From Candidatus Izemoplasmatales bacterium (lineage in GTDB: Bacteria; Bacillota_I; Bacilli_A; Izemoplasmatales; Hujiaoplasmataceae): a stretch of DNA of 33,901 nt. How positions within the stretch are numbered: the stretch's first letter is position 1; every line of letters starts with the position of its first letter. The notes beneath the pieces were generated by a model that made no database searches, was not told the origin of the DNA, and saw only the letters and a list, made by a program, of their open reading frames with translations. A program made the translations under genes and the position numbers. The stretch covers positions 1 through 33,901 of the forward strand of contig JAQWBC010000001.1 in the NCBI GenBank assembly GCA_028707415.1, in the 5' to 3' direction. Positions 1 through 8,756 of this stretch are shown one piece after another.

Positions 1-2
1 TA

Positions 3-701
3 GTTAGACAAACGATTCGGAACTTGGATCGATATGGAAAGTATTTATTTTTTATTCTCGATGATTACACATTGATTTCACATTTGCGGATGGAAGGCAA
101 ATTCTTTCTGAAGTCTGATGCCGATCCAATTGACAAGCATGAACATATCGTCTTCGTTTTTACCGACCACACGTCAATGAGATATCATGATACTCGTAAG
201 TTTGGAACGATGGAACTGGTACCAGCGGGCGATGAGAGAAAAAGCAAAAGTATTATTTCGCTCGGACTAGAGCCCTTTAATGATAGTTTTACCATCGCCT
301 ATTTACAAGCGAAGATTAAAAAGAGTTGTCGACCTATCAAGAGTGTTTTGCTTGATCAAACAATCGTGTGTGGCTTAGGTAACATTTATGTTAATGAGAT
401 TTTATGGCGCTGCCAGATTAATCCAGAAATGAAAGCATTTCATTTGACAAATGCCGATTGGGGTTGCCTGATTGATGCCAGCCGCTTGGTTTTGAAACAG
501 GCAATTGCGGCCGGCGGAACAACCGTTAGAACATATTATTCAAGTTTAGGTGTTGCTGGCCGTTTTCAAAACGAACTCAAAGTTCATGGAAAAGAAGGAA
601 AACCTTGTGCGGTATGCCAGACTTTGATAGCGAAAATCAAAGTCGGGGGACGGGGTACATTTTACTGCCCGACTTGTCAAAAGAAAAGGAATGATGAATG
701 A
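3..701 (+). CDS. mutM: Formamidopyrimidine-DNA glycosylase (Fpg/MutM), 5' end cut by window edge
   Basis: The frame is open from the window edge (VRQTIRNLDRYGKYLFF...). It shows the typical Fpg core (RYGKYL, HLRMEG) and a C-terminal zinc finger, CAVCQ...YCPTCQ. The stop overlaps the coaE start (ATGA). The TTG at 24 is only an ORF-finder start. Confidence 0.85.
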   Translation, partial: VRQTIRNLDRYGKYLFFILDDYTLISHLRMEGKFFLKSDADPIDKHEHIVFVFTDHTSMRYHDTRKFGTMELVPAGDERKSKSIISLGLEPFNDSFTIAYLQAKIKKSCRPIKSVLLDQTIVCGLGNIYVNEILWRCQINPEMKAFHLTNADWGCLIDASRLVLKQAIAAGGTTVRTYYSSLGVAGRFQNELKVHGKEGKPCAVCQTLIAKIKVGGRGTFYCPTCQKKRNDE

Positions 702-1294
702 TGAAAATCATCGGTTTGACCGGGGGAGTAGCCTCGGGGAAGTCCACAGTTGCCAAATTTTTTCAAAGGGTTGGGGTCAAGGTAATCAATGCCGATAATA
801 TCTATAAAGAACTTTCAAAACCCGGAAAAATACTGTATAATAAAATTATCAGTGAGTTTTCTGGAGATATCGTCGGGAAAGATTACGCCATAGATTGGCA
901 GGTTTTAGGCGCAATTGTTTTTAACGACGAAAATAAACGGAAACGACTAAATGAAATCACACATCCAGAAATTAAACGTGCCATCGGGATGATGATCGAT
1001 AAATATCGTAATGCTCTTGAACCTTTTGTTGTCATCGAAGTACCACTGTTATTTGAATCAGGATACGATTCAATTTGTGATCAAACAATCGTAGTTATGG
1101 TCGAACCGGACATCCAGATCAGGCGATTGATGAATAGAAACAATATTGACAAGACAACAGCACTGAAAATGATTAATTCCCAAATGTCATTAGCGGAAAA
1201 ACGTAAATTATCGACATATGTTATCGATAATTCTGCCGATTTATCAAAAACAGAAACCCAGTTTTATCAGATTCTTAATAAAATTAAAGGGTGA
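698..1294 (+). CDS. coaE: Dephospho-CoA kinase
   Basis: N-terminal IGLTGGVASGKSTV P-loop, about 198 aa, and an overall CoaE-like layout. The position after fpg matches B. subtilis mutM-...-coaE. Confidence 0.9.
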   Translation: MMKIIGLTGGVASGKSTVAKFFQRVGVKVINADNIYKELSKPGKILYNKIISEFSGDIVGKDYAIDWQVLGAIVFNDENKRKRLNEITHPEIKRAIGMMIDKYRNALEPFVVIEVPLLFESGYDSICDQTIVVMVEPDIQIRRLMNRNNIDKTTALKMINSQMSLAEKRKLSTYVIDNSADLSKTETQFYQILNKIKG

Positions 1295-1299
1295 TAAAC

Positions 1300-1665
1300 A
1301 TGGCAATTGAAAGTTTCTTATCGAACACTTGTGAAACAAAAGATCTGCATCCTGACCATGAATTGCGAACTAGATACTACTGCAACACTTTTGCAGAAGG
1401 GCTCCAAGCTGCTAGGGAGCTAGCGCAAGCAAAAAAGGTGGAAATCCAGGTTATCAATGAAATTCATAAGGAAATTCATATCGTTGGCAATGGCTTTGAT
1501 GGCATCATAACCTTTTTTATTTCGGGGCCGAATGAAATGGCTTTAGATATGAAGATCAATTGGTTCGGAATAATCGGTTGGGGAAAACCTCGAAAAGTAG
1601 TCATCGCGTTTTACCGTTTTTTTGATACGGCATTACAATTCATCGGGGTTTCATTACACCCATAA
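1300..1665 (+). CDS. Hypothetical 121-aa cytoplasmic protein, no family recognised
   Basis: ATG at 1300 lies 6 nt after AAAGGGTG. It starts 5 nt after the coaE stop and ends 14 nt before the dnaB start. No signal peptide, TM segment or motif that I recognise. The ORF-track start at 1291 is a GTG overlapping the coaE stop. Confidence 0.55.
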   Translation: MAIESFLSNTCETKDLHPDHELRTRYYCNTFAEGLQAARELAQAKKVEIQVINEIHKEIHIVGNGFDGIITFFISGPNEMALDMKINWFGIIGWGKPRKVVIAFYRFFDTALQFIGVSLHP

Positions 1666-1679
1666 TTGGAAGGATCCAC

Positions 1680-2915
1680 ATGGACAAAATCAGAACTACA
1701 GATCAATTCTTTGTTTATGCTAAAGCCAATATCTCCGCCAACGATTTTCAGGTGCTAAGTTTACTATATCAACCGATTATCGGCGTTTTGGCGTTTTCTT
1801 TATATTCGACTTTGTGGCATCTAATCAATCGACAAAACCTTATGTCAGATCACTATTTACATAGCGATCTTGAAAGCATTCTCAATAATAAAGTGGCAAA
1901 AATCGAAGACGCACGCCACCATCTTGAAGCGATCGGGTTAATGAATGTCTATTTTCACAATGACTGCTTTGCCTATGAAATGAAATTACCATCCTCAGCC
2001 GCAAGCTTCATTAATGATGGTATTTTAGGCTCCTATTTGCAGAATTGCGTGACGGATTCACGCTACGAGAAAATTCTCAAACTGTTTCGTATCGTTCCCG
2101 TTAACAAGACTGATTTTCTTAATCTTACTAAATCCTTTAATGATGTTTTCCCTGCCATACCCAACGGAAAAAAAATGACAGAAGGGGAATTTATCGCTAC
2201 GAGTCGAGATAAGTCGATTAACATCAATAATAATGATTTTGATTTTCGAATATTTGTGGAAGGTTTCCCAGATGAAAATAAAGTTCGTAATTTACTATCG
2301 GATGCAGTTAAAGAAAAAATTGTAAATCTGGCATATGTGTATGATCTTGATGAAACGGCGATGCACACCGTTTTTGCCAAAGCTATCGATGAAACATATT
2401 CCAGCGTTGATCTCGCAAAACTATCAAAGCAAGCACGAGATCATTTTAAATTCGACACAGCAATGAGTGAACCCATTCTCGAAGTTGATGAGAAAGATCT
2501 CCAAGATGGTAATCCCACCAATCCTTTCGACTACTTTGGCACAATCGGTCCGAAAAAATTACTTTCTCAGTTGTTGGGAGGGTTAGTGTCTGACTCTGAT
2601 CTTCGTGTCGTTGAAAGATTAATTGAAGAGATAAAACTTGATAAAGGCGTTGTTAATGTCCTGTTAGCATATACAATCAAAAATAATAATGGTGATATGC
2701 CACCTTATGCCTATTACCAAAAGATTGGGATGTCGTGGAAGCGTAATCAAATCAATGATGTAAGAATGGCCCTCGATTATGTCCGCCATTTAAACAGTGA
2801 ATACACCCGCAATCAAAATCCGGCCGAGAAAAAAATTAGTAATCGTGTCGGCAAAACCAGTAAACCAGAAGTTAAAATTGACTGGCTTGATGACTATTTA
2901 AAGTCAATAAAGTAA
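1680..2915 (+). CDS. dnaB: Replication initiation/membrane attachment protein DnaB (Firmicute helicase-loader accessory, not the helicase)
   Basis: The N-terminus ...FQVLSLLYQPIIGVLAFSLYSTLW is typical of Firmicute DnaB/DnaD-family proteins. There is a C-terminal DnaD-like repeat (LSDSDLRVVERLIEE...VVNVLLAY). It sits directly upstream of dnaI as in Bacillus. RBS GGAAGGA. Confidence 0.8.
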   Translation: MDKIRTTDQFFVYAKANISANDFQVLSLLYQPIIGVLAFSLYSTLWHLINRQNLMSDHYLHSDLESILNNKVAKIEDARHHLEAIGLMNVYFHNDCFAYEMKLPSSAASFINDGILGSYLQNCVTDSRYEKILKLFRIVPVNKTDFLNLTKSFNDVFPAIPNGKKMTEGEFIATSRDKSININNNDFDFRIFVEGFPDENKVRNLLSDAVKEKIVNLAYVYDLDETAMHTVFAKAIDETYSSVDLAKLSKQARDHFKFDTAMSEPILEVDEKDLQDGNPTNPFDYFGTIGPKKLLSQLLGGLVSDSDLRVVERLIEEIKLDKGVVNVLLAYTIKNNNGDMPPYAYYQKIGMSWKRNQINDVRMALDYVRHLNSEYTRNQNPAEKKISNRVGKTSKPEVKIDWLDDYLKSIK

Positions 2916-2927
2916 CAAAAGGAGTTT

Positions 2928-3827
2928 ATGATGAAAAAAATCAGCGATTATTTGATGGAAAAGCCATCATCAATCAATCCCGACGAAGTCATCGATCGGT
3001 TGCTTGAAGATGCCATAATCAACCGGTTTGTCCTTAACAATGACTTAAAACACGATACGATTATCATTGGAATCAACCAACTGATGACTTTCAAAGAATC
3101 AAAGGATATTTGTCAAAAATGCCAAGGACTCTATGAGTGTAAACTTAGTTACATCGGCATGCAACCAAAGTTAGTGATGTATGATTCCGAGATTACCTTG
3201 GATTATAGCAAATGTCATTTCAATACGGCCGATGAAAGCCGCATGAAAATTGATGCCATGTATGTCCCTCGAAAAGTATTTAACGCTGATTTCAGCGATT
3301 TTGATTTGATCGGACCTTCCCGCAAAGAAATCCAAAAATACATGCTAGAGTTTTTACATGATTATTCCAAAACTAATCCCAAAAAAGGGATGTATTTATC
3401 TGGTTTATTTGGTTCTGGTAAAACTTATATTTTAGCAGCGATGGCCAATGAACTGGCTAAAAAGAACTTTAATATCATTTTTGCCTATTATCCAGATTTG
3501 GTTCGTGAACTCAAATCATCAATCGGTAGCGGTGATCTTGAAGAAAAAATCCAACGCTTAAAAGCCGTGGATATTCTCTTTTTAGATGATATCGGGGGTG
3601 AAACGAATTCGGCATTTATTCGTGATGAAGTTTTGGGGCCGATTTTACAGCATCGGGTTTTGGATGAACTACCAACTTTCTTTGCATCGAACATTAAGAT
3701 GCGTTCTTTGATTGAAGCAATGCAAATCGATGCTTCCAGCAACGAGAAAGCTAAAGCGGTTCGGATTTATGAGCGAATTCATGAGTTAGCTTTGGAATTC
3801 GAATTGACAGAAAAACCCATTCGATAG
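2928..3827 (+). CDS. dnaI: Primosomal helicase loader DnaI (AAA+)
   Basis: N-terminal Cys cluster CQKCQG..YEC, Walker A GLFGSGKTY and Walker B ILFLDDIGGE. The size is about 299 aa. Tandem ATGs at 2928 and 2931; the GGAG at 2921-2924 favours 2931. Confidence 0.85.
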   Translation: MMKKISDYLMEKPSSINPDEVIDRLLEDAIINRFVLNNDLKHDTIIIGINQLMTFKESKDICQKCQGLYECKLSYIGMQPKLVMYDSEITLDYSKCHFNTADESRMKIDAMYVPRKVFNADFSDFDLIGPSRKEIQKYMLEFLHDYSKTNPKKGMYLSGLFGSGKTYILAAMANELAKKNFNIIFAYYPDLVRELKSSIGSGDLEEKIQRLKAVDILFLDDIGGETNSAFIRDEVLGPILQHRVLDELPTFFASNIKMRSLIEAMQIDASSNEKAKAVRIYERIHELALEFELTEKPIR

Positions 3828-3829
3828 CC

Positions 3830-3857
3830 TTGACAATTGTTACAATTGCTATATAAT
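3830..3857 (+). promoter_or_regulatory. Sigma-A-type promoter for the thrS leader
   Basis: TTGACA at 3830-3835, a 16-nt spacer, then TATAAT at 3852-3857. It lies immediately after the dnaI stop. Confidence 0.5.
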
Positions 3858-3864
3858 ATATTCA

Positions 3865-4081
3865 AAGATACAAAAACTGTGAACAGGACACGATCATAAT
3901 AGCCCCATAAGCGAGGATGGAACCGGTGAAAGCCATCTTGGATAGCTATAGTGATTACCGCCTGGGAGTTGGCCTTCGAAAAGGACCCGTAGCCGGCGTT
4001 AACGGATTTAAGTGCCGGATTGATCCGGAATAAAGGTGGTACCACGGTTAATAATCGTCCTTCAATAAGGACGATTTTTTA
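3865..4081 (+). promoter_or_regulatory. T-box leader (tRNA-Thr sensing) with intrinsic terminator
   Basis: Stem I-like GGTGAAAG element and a candidate specifier ACC at 3957-3959 followed by a purine. T-box sequence AAAGGTGGTACCACGG at 4032-4047. Terminator hairpin ATCGTCCTT/AAGGACGAT at 4054-4075 followed by a T-run. AAAGG of the T-box can pair with CCTT of the terminator 5' arm to form the antiterminator. Confidence 0.85.
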
Positions 4082-4100
4082 TATTTTAGGAGGTTTTATC

Positions 4101-6005
4101 ATGATAAGTATTCAATTCGCCGACGGAAATATTAAAAGTTTTGCCAAAGGGGTATCAGCGGATGCCATTGCTTTGGCGATTTCGCCTTCTTTGCGGAAGC
4201 GTTGTCTGGCTGCGGAAGTTAATGGGACACTTGTTGATTTATCTCGTCCTATTGAAGCCGATGCGAAAGTAGTCCTAATTACCGATGATTCACCGGTCGC
4301 GCTGGATATAATTCGCCATTCTTCAGCACATTTAATGGCCCAGGCTATCAAAATAATGTACCCAAAAGCCCAATTTGGTGTTGGCCCCAACATTGAAGAA
4401 GGGTTTTATTACGACATTGATTTAGGCGATACAGTTCTAACAGACAGTGATTTGCCGGAAATCGAAAAAGTGATGGCGAAATTAGTTGCTCAAGGCGAAA
4501 CCGTGTCTCGTCAGGAAGTAACAAAAGCGGAAGCACTAAAAATGTTTACAAATGATGTTTATAAAACGGAAATTATCAATGATCTTCCAGAAGGTGAAAT
4601 TATTACTTTGTATTCTCAAGGTGATTTCACTGACTTATGCCGAGGACCACACGTGCCATCAACAAAATGGCTGAAACATTTCAAACTGCTTAGTCTTGCC
4701 GGCGCCTATTGGCGTGGTGACGCTAAAAACAAACAACTGACGCGGATTTATGGCACCAGTTTCTTTAGCGCTGAGGAACTAGCTAATTACTTAAGAATAG
4801 TTGAAGAACGAAAAAAACGTGATCATCGCAAACTTGGCAAAGAATTAGATTTGTTTATGCTTTCCGAATATGGACCGGGATTCCCCTTTTGGTTACCAAA
4901 CGGAATGATTCTCAGACGTGAATTAGAGAGTTTTTGGTACAAAGTTCATCTCAAAGAAGGCTACAAGTTAATTCAGACACCAATTATGCTTAACAAAGAG
5001 CTTTGGGAGATTTCTGGGCATTGGATTAATTATCGTGAACATATGTACACATCGACGATTGATGATCAGGAATACGCCATAAAACCCATGAATTGCCCCG
5101 GCGGAATGCTTGTTTATAAACACGACATCCATTCCTATAAAGATTTCCCGCTTAAAATCGGAGAATTAGGACTAGTTCATCGTCATGAAGCCAGTGGTGC
5201 GTTAAACGGTCTCTTTCGGGTTCGCAACTTTACTCAAGACGATGCACATATTTTTATGACCGAAGCCATGATTGTCAAGGAAATATCCGAACTCGTCAGA
5301 TTATATGATTATATGTACTCGGTCTTTGGGTTGTCATACCATATTGAATTGTCAACACGGCCATTGGAAAAATATATCGGTGAAATCGCAACCTGGGATC
5401 GCGCGGAAAAAGCTTTAGCAGATGCATTAAACGGCATGGGAAAAGAGTATAAAATCAACCCTGGTGATGGCGCTTTTTATGGCCCAAAACTTGATTTTAA
5501 ACTTCGAGATTCGATGAATCGCATTTGGCAATGTGGTACCATTCAGCTCGATATGAATCTACCGGAACGTTTCGACTTGACCTATATTGATCAATACGGA
5601 GAGAAAAAACGACCGGTAATGTTGCACCGGGCTTTGTTTGGCTCCATTGAGCGCTTCATCGGTATTTTGATTGAACATTATGCGGGAGCATTTCCAACTT
5701 GGTTAGCCCCAGTTCAAATCAAAGTAATTCCTGTAAACAACGAAATTCATAAAGTTTACGCTGAAGAAATCATCTCAGTTCTTTCGGAAAACGAATTCCG
5801 CATTGAAGCTGATTATCGTGAAGAAAAACTGGGATATAAAATTCGCGAAGCACAAACTAAAAAGATTCCTTATCAACTGGTTTTAGGCGACAAGGAAGTG
5901 GCGGAAAAAACAATAACTTACCGTCGTTATGGCGAGCAGGAACAAGTCACATTGCCAATCGCCGATTTTGTGAAAATGGTTAAGCATGAAATCGTAAAAA
6001 AATAA
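4101..6005 (+). CDS. thrS: Threonyl-tRNA synthetase
   Basis: ATG at 4101 lies 7 nt after AGGAGG. It has a TGS domain N-terminus (ISIQFADG...), an HSSAH editing motif, class II motifs (FRVRNFTQDDAHIF) and a C-terminal anticodon-binding domain. The ORF-track start at 4020 runs through the T-box terminator and is rejected. Confidence 0.95.
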   Translation: MISIQFADGNIKSFAKGVSADAIALAISPSLRKRCLAAEVNGTLVDLSRPIEADAKVVLITDDSPVALDIIRHSSAHLMAQAIKIMYPKAQFGVGPNIEEGFYYDIDLGDTVLTDSDLPEIEKVMAKLVAQGETVSRQEVTKAEALKMFTNDVYKTEIINDLPEGEIITLYSQGDFTDLCRGPHVPSTKWLKHFKLLSLAGAYWRGDAKNKQLTRIYGTSFFSAEELANYLRIVEERKKRDHRKLGKELDLFMLSEYGPGFPFWLPNGMILRRELESFWYKVHLKEGYKLIQTPIMLNKELWEISGHWINYREHMYTSTIDDQEYAIKPMNCPGGMLVYKHDIHSYKDFPLKIGELGLVHRHEASGALNGLFRVRNFTQDDAHIFMTEAMIVKEISELVRLYDYMYSVFGLSYHIELSTRPLEKYIGEIATWDRAEKALADALNGMGKEYKINPGDGAFYGPKLDFKLRDSMNRIWQCGTIQLDMNLPERFDLTYIDQYGEKKRPVMLHRALFGSIERFIGILIEHYAGAFPTWLAPVQIKVIPVNNEIHKVYAEEIISVLSENEFRIEADYREEKLGYKIREAQTKKIPYQLVLGDKEVAEKTITYRRYGEQEQVTLPIADFVKMVKHEIVKK

Positions 6006-6042
6006 CTGGATGATTCCCAAACATCATCCAGTTTCATTTTTT
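6004..6042. terminator. Bidirectional Rho-independent terminator between convergent thrS and rqcH
   Basis: An 11-bp perfect stem AACTGGATGAT/ATCATCCAGTT (6004-6014 and 6023-6033). It is followed by TTTCATTTTTT on the plus strand and by TTATTTTTTT on the minus strand. Confidence 0.7.
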
Positions 6043-7704
6043 CTTAATCATTTGTTCGATTAAGGCGAGATTAGGATCAATAAAAATTGTTTTTTGATGC
6101 GTATAGGTTACAAAACTTCCCGGGAATCCCGGGATTTTTTTTACGTATTTAATCAACGTATAATCGACGGGGACTGAGGATGACATTTTGGCTTGAGAAT
6201 GATAACTGGCCAAGTTGGCGGCAGCTCGAATCGTTGCCTCGGATAGATCGCCCTCACTCCTAACTAAAACATGACTTCCGGGAATATCCTTGGTATGAAA
6301 CCACCATTCGTTAGCTTTTCCAAGGACATGGGTTATAAAATCATTTTGCATGTTATTTTTGCCCACGATTATTTCGATCGTTTCTGAATCAAGATAAATG
6401 TCATAATTTGGTCGTTTGTTAATTGCTTTTTTTGGTTTTGCTGGCAGGTAGTGATTGATTTTTAATTCCTCAGTAATTTCTAAAAGATCAAATAATGATG
6501 CAGTTTCTATTTGAGTCATTAACAAATCAAAATATGCGATTTCATGATTTGTAAGTGCGATTTGGGTTGAAAGATGGGTGATTGCTTGACGGTTTTTTTT
6601 GTATTTTTTATAATATGCGATGGCATTTTGATTAGGGGTTAACAACCGATCAAGGGGGATAGTTACATCCTTATTAAGTTCGTAACAAAATGCATTTAGT
6701 TGATCATCGCCTTTTTTTATCTGATCCGGATATTGTCGAATTAGATCGCCGTACATTCGCAGAATGTCAGCGTTTTTGGCTTCATTAAGGTCTTCCGTCA
6801 GTTTCTCGAGTTTGTCTTTATTCCGATCATAATCGCGTTTGATAAGTTGATAAATATACTTAGATACTTGCTTGGTTCGTTCAAGCTGACCAGATTCAAA
6901 AAAAACATCGTCCAAAAGATGTGAGAGCGATTGATAGGTTTTTTTTATTCCCGAGGGAAAGACGTCAAAGTAGTAGTATTTTGTTTTATCATCGATAGTG
7001 ACGGCTGTTGGTTCAACGGGATGAAAAAGCATTTGGAAAAACAAATCATACTTTGATATTTTTTGATTAAACATCGAGGAGATAAAACTAGTAGCGAATA
7101 ATGGCGAAATCCCGCGGATGCCATCAACAAGCATTTTTGCGGTTATTTCGGAATTTGTTTCTAAAAAGGTTTGAACGGCAAAGACATCCGAAGGAGCGAT
7201 TTTACCATCGATTGGCAATTCGTATTTTATCCCTCGTAAAAAGGATCGTTGTTGCCCTTCAAAGGGACTAACGTGCTTAAAACAATCAATAATCAGCCAG
7301 TCTTTATCGGTGATTATCAAATTGGCATATTTGCCCATTAACTCTGCAAAAACATAGTATGTCATTTTTTCGCCAAAATCATTATTATTTTCGATAACGA
7401 TTTTGATGATTCGGTCATCATTTACAGTGACGATATCGCTGATGAAACCGCCTTCGAGATATTTCCGCAAGAACATACAAAAACCGGTTGGTGAAGCGGG
7501 TTTATCATAGACTTTCCGCGACAAGTGCAAGCGCGGGTTTTGTAAGGATAAGGACAGATATAATTGGAAATTTTCACTGTTGGCATAAATGAGGAACAAA
7601 AAATCAGTTTTTGACAACTGATAGAGCTTATTAATGCGTCCGGAGCGCAAAAAGACATTCATTTCTTTAGCCAAGTGGAAAATAAAACGGCCGTCCATGC
7701 TCAT
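6034..7704 (-). CDS. rqcH: RqcH / FbpA-family (NFACT) ribosome quality-control protein
   Basis: 556 aa. The N-terminus MDGRFIFHLAKEMN...GRINKLYQ matches the YloA/FbpA NFACT-N domain. There is a central coiled coil and a C-terminal NFACT-R-like WWFHTKDIPGSHV motif. Confidence 0.8.
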   Translation of the reverse strand: MSMDGRFIFHLAKEMNVFLRSGRINKLYQLSKTDFLFLIYANSENFQLYLSLSLQNPRLHLSRKVYDKPASPTGFCMFLRKYLEGGFISDIVTVNDDRIIKIVIENNNDFGEKMTYYVFAELMGKYANLIITDKDWLIIDCFKHVSPFEGQQRSFLRGIKYELPIDGKIAPSDVFAVQTFLETNSEITAKMLVDGIRGISPLFATSFISSMFNQKISKYDLFFQMLFHPVEPTAVTIDDKTKYYYFDVFPSGIKKTYQSLSHLLDDVFFESGQLERTKQVSKYIYQLIKRDYDRNKDKLEKLTEDLNEAKNADILRMYGDLIRQYPDQIKKGDDQLNAFCYELNKDVTIPLDRLLTPNQNAIAYYKKYKKNRQAITHLSTQIALTNHEIAYFDLLMTQIETASLFDLLEITEELKINHYLPAKPKKAINKRPNYDIYLDSETIEIIVGKNNMQNDFITHVLGKANEWWFHTKDIPGSHVLVRSEGDLSEATIRAAANLASYHSQAKMSSSVPVDYTLIKYVKKIPGFPGSFVTYTHQKTIFIDPNLALIEQMIKKK

Positions 7705-7816
7705 ATAATCACCGTCATCATTATATCACACATCAGATATTCACGAAAAAAATTTACTAATTTTGGATTATGTGGTATTATAGTTAATAATATGAAAAAT
7801 CAGTAGGAGGCCGGAC

Positions 7817-8440
7817 ATGAAACTCAACGAACGGGGATTGTTAGTTGTCATGAGCGGTCCTTCCGGTGTTGGAAAAGGCACAATTCGGAAGGCATTGTTT
7901 CAAATGCCGGAAAATAATTTTTGCTATTCGGTTTCCATGACTACTCGAAAACCCCGTGTTGGAGAAATCAATGGAGTCGACTACTTTTTTGTTTCCCGTG
8001 CTGAATTCGAACAATACATCCACGAAGGCAAATTATTAGAATACGCAGAATTTGTCGGTGAATTATATGGAACTCCTTTGTCATATATCGAACAAAAATT
8101 GTCAGAGGGAAAAGAAGTTATCATCGAAATCGAAGTTCAAGGAGCTTTACAAGTCCGTGAGAAGATGCCTGATGCAGTGTTCGTCTTTATTGTTCCGCCT
8201 TCAAAGAAGGAATTAGAAGAACGACTATATCATCGAGGAACTGATAATGTATCAACGATAGCACAACGGTTGGCTAAAGCCGAGCGTGAATATCCATTAG
8301 CATATAAGTATGACTATATCGTTGTCAACGACGACGTTTATAATGCCGCGGATCGTATTTATGCCATTATCCGGGCTGAACATGCAAAAACCGAACGTTC
8401 GATTCAAAAATACACGAAACTCATGGAGGGAAAAGAATAA
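7817..8440 (+). CDS. gmk: Guanylate kinase
   Basis: GPSGVGKGT P-loop, TTR.PR.GE..G.DYFF motif, 207 aa, and RBS AGGAGG. Confidence 0.95.
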   Translation: MKLNERGLLVVMSGPSGVGKGTIRKALFQMPENNFCYSVSMTTRKPRVGEINGVDYFFVSRAEFEQYIHEGKLLEYAEFVGELYGTPLSYIEQKLSEGKEVIIEIEVQGALQVREKMPDAVFVFIVPPSKKELEERLYHRGTDNVSTIAQRLAKAEREYPLAYKYDYIVVNDDVYNAADRIYAIIRAEHAKTERSIQKYTKLMEGKE

Positions 8441-8652
8441 TGGCCACAAGAAATACCGACGGTCTTCGTTATCCGTCTATCGACGAATTATTAAAGGTCA
8501 TCGATTCAAAGTATAAATTAGCCTATATCGCGGCTAAACGCGCCAAAATTATCAAGCAGGACGGATTTTCATCGGTCGACAATAAATGTGTCAAACCGGT
8601 TGGACAAGCCTTGGAAGAAATCCTAGCCGGAAAAGTCACAGCGGAATTTTAA
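8440..8652 (+). CDS. rpoZ: DNA-directed RNA polymerase subunit omega
   Basis: 70 aa. YPSIDELL...SKYKLAYIAAKRAK is the conserved omega core. The TAATG overlap with gmk matches the gmk-rpoZ arrangement in Firmicutes. Confidence 0.85.
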   Translation: MATRNTDGLRYPSIDELLKVIDSKYKLAYIAAKRAKIIKQDGFSSVDNKCVKPVGQALEEILAGKVTAEF

Positions 8653-8654
8653 TG

Positions 8655-8677
8655 AACAGTCTACGGACTGTTTTTTT
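8655..8677 (+). terminator. Rho-independent terminator after rpoZ
   Basis: Stem AACAGTC/GACTGTT with a TACG loop, followed by T7. Confidence 0.75.
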
Positions 8678-8756
8678 CTTGTTTAGATATTTGTTTTTGG
8701 CGGTAGTTACTTAAAAACTATGATATAATTAGAACATACAATTGGGAGTTGATAGT

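Noticed and set aside
4020-4100. 5' extension of the thrS ORF (MIRNKGGTTVNNRPSIRTIFYILGGFI...)
   Set aside because: It reads straight through the T-box sequence and its terminator hairpin and T-run. The ATG at 4101 has a perfect AGGAGG RBS and gives the canonical TGS-domain N-terminus.
8310-8516. 68-aa plus-strand ORF spanning the gmk/rpoZ junction, and the 81-aa ORF at 15008-15253 inside pheS
   Set aside because: These are alternative-frame ORFs wholly inside strongly supported genes. They have no RBS and a basic low-complexity composition.
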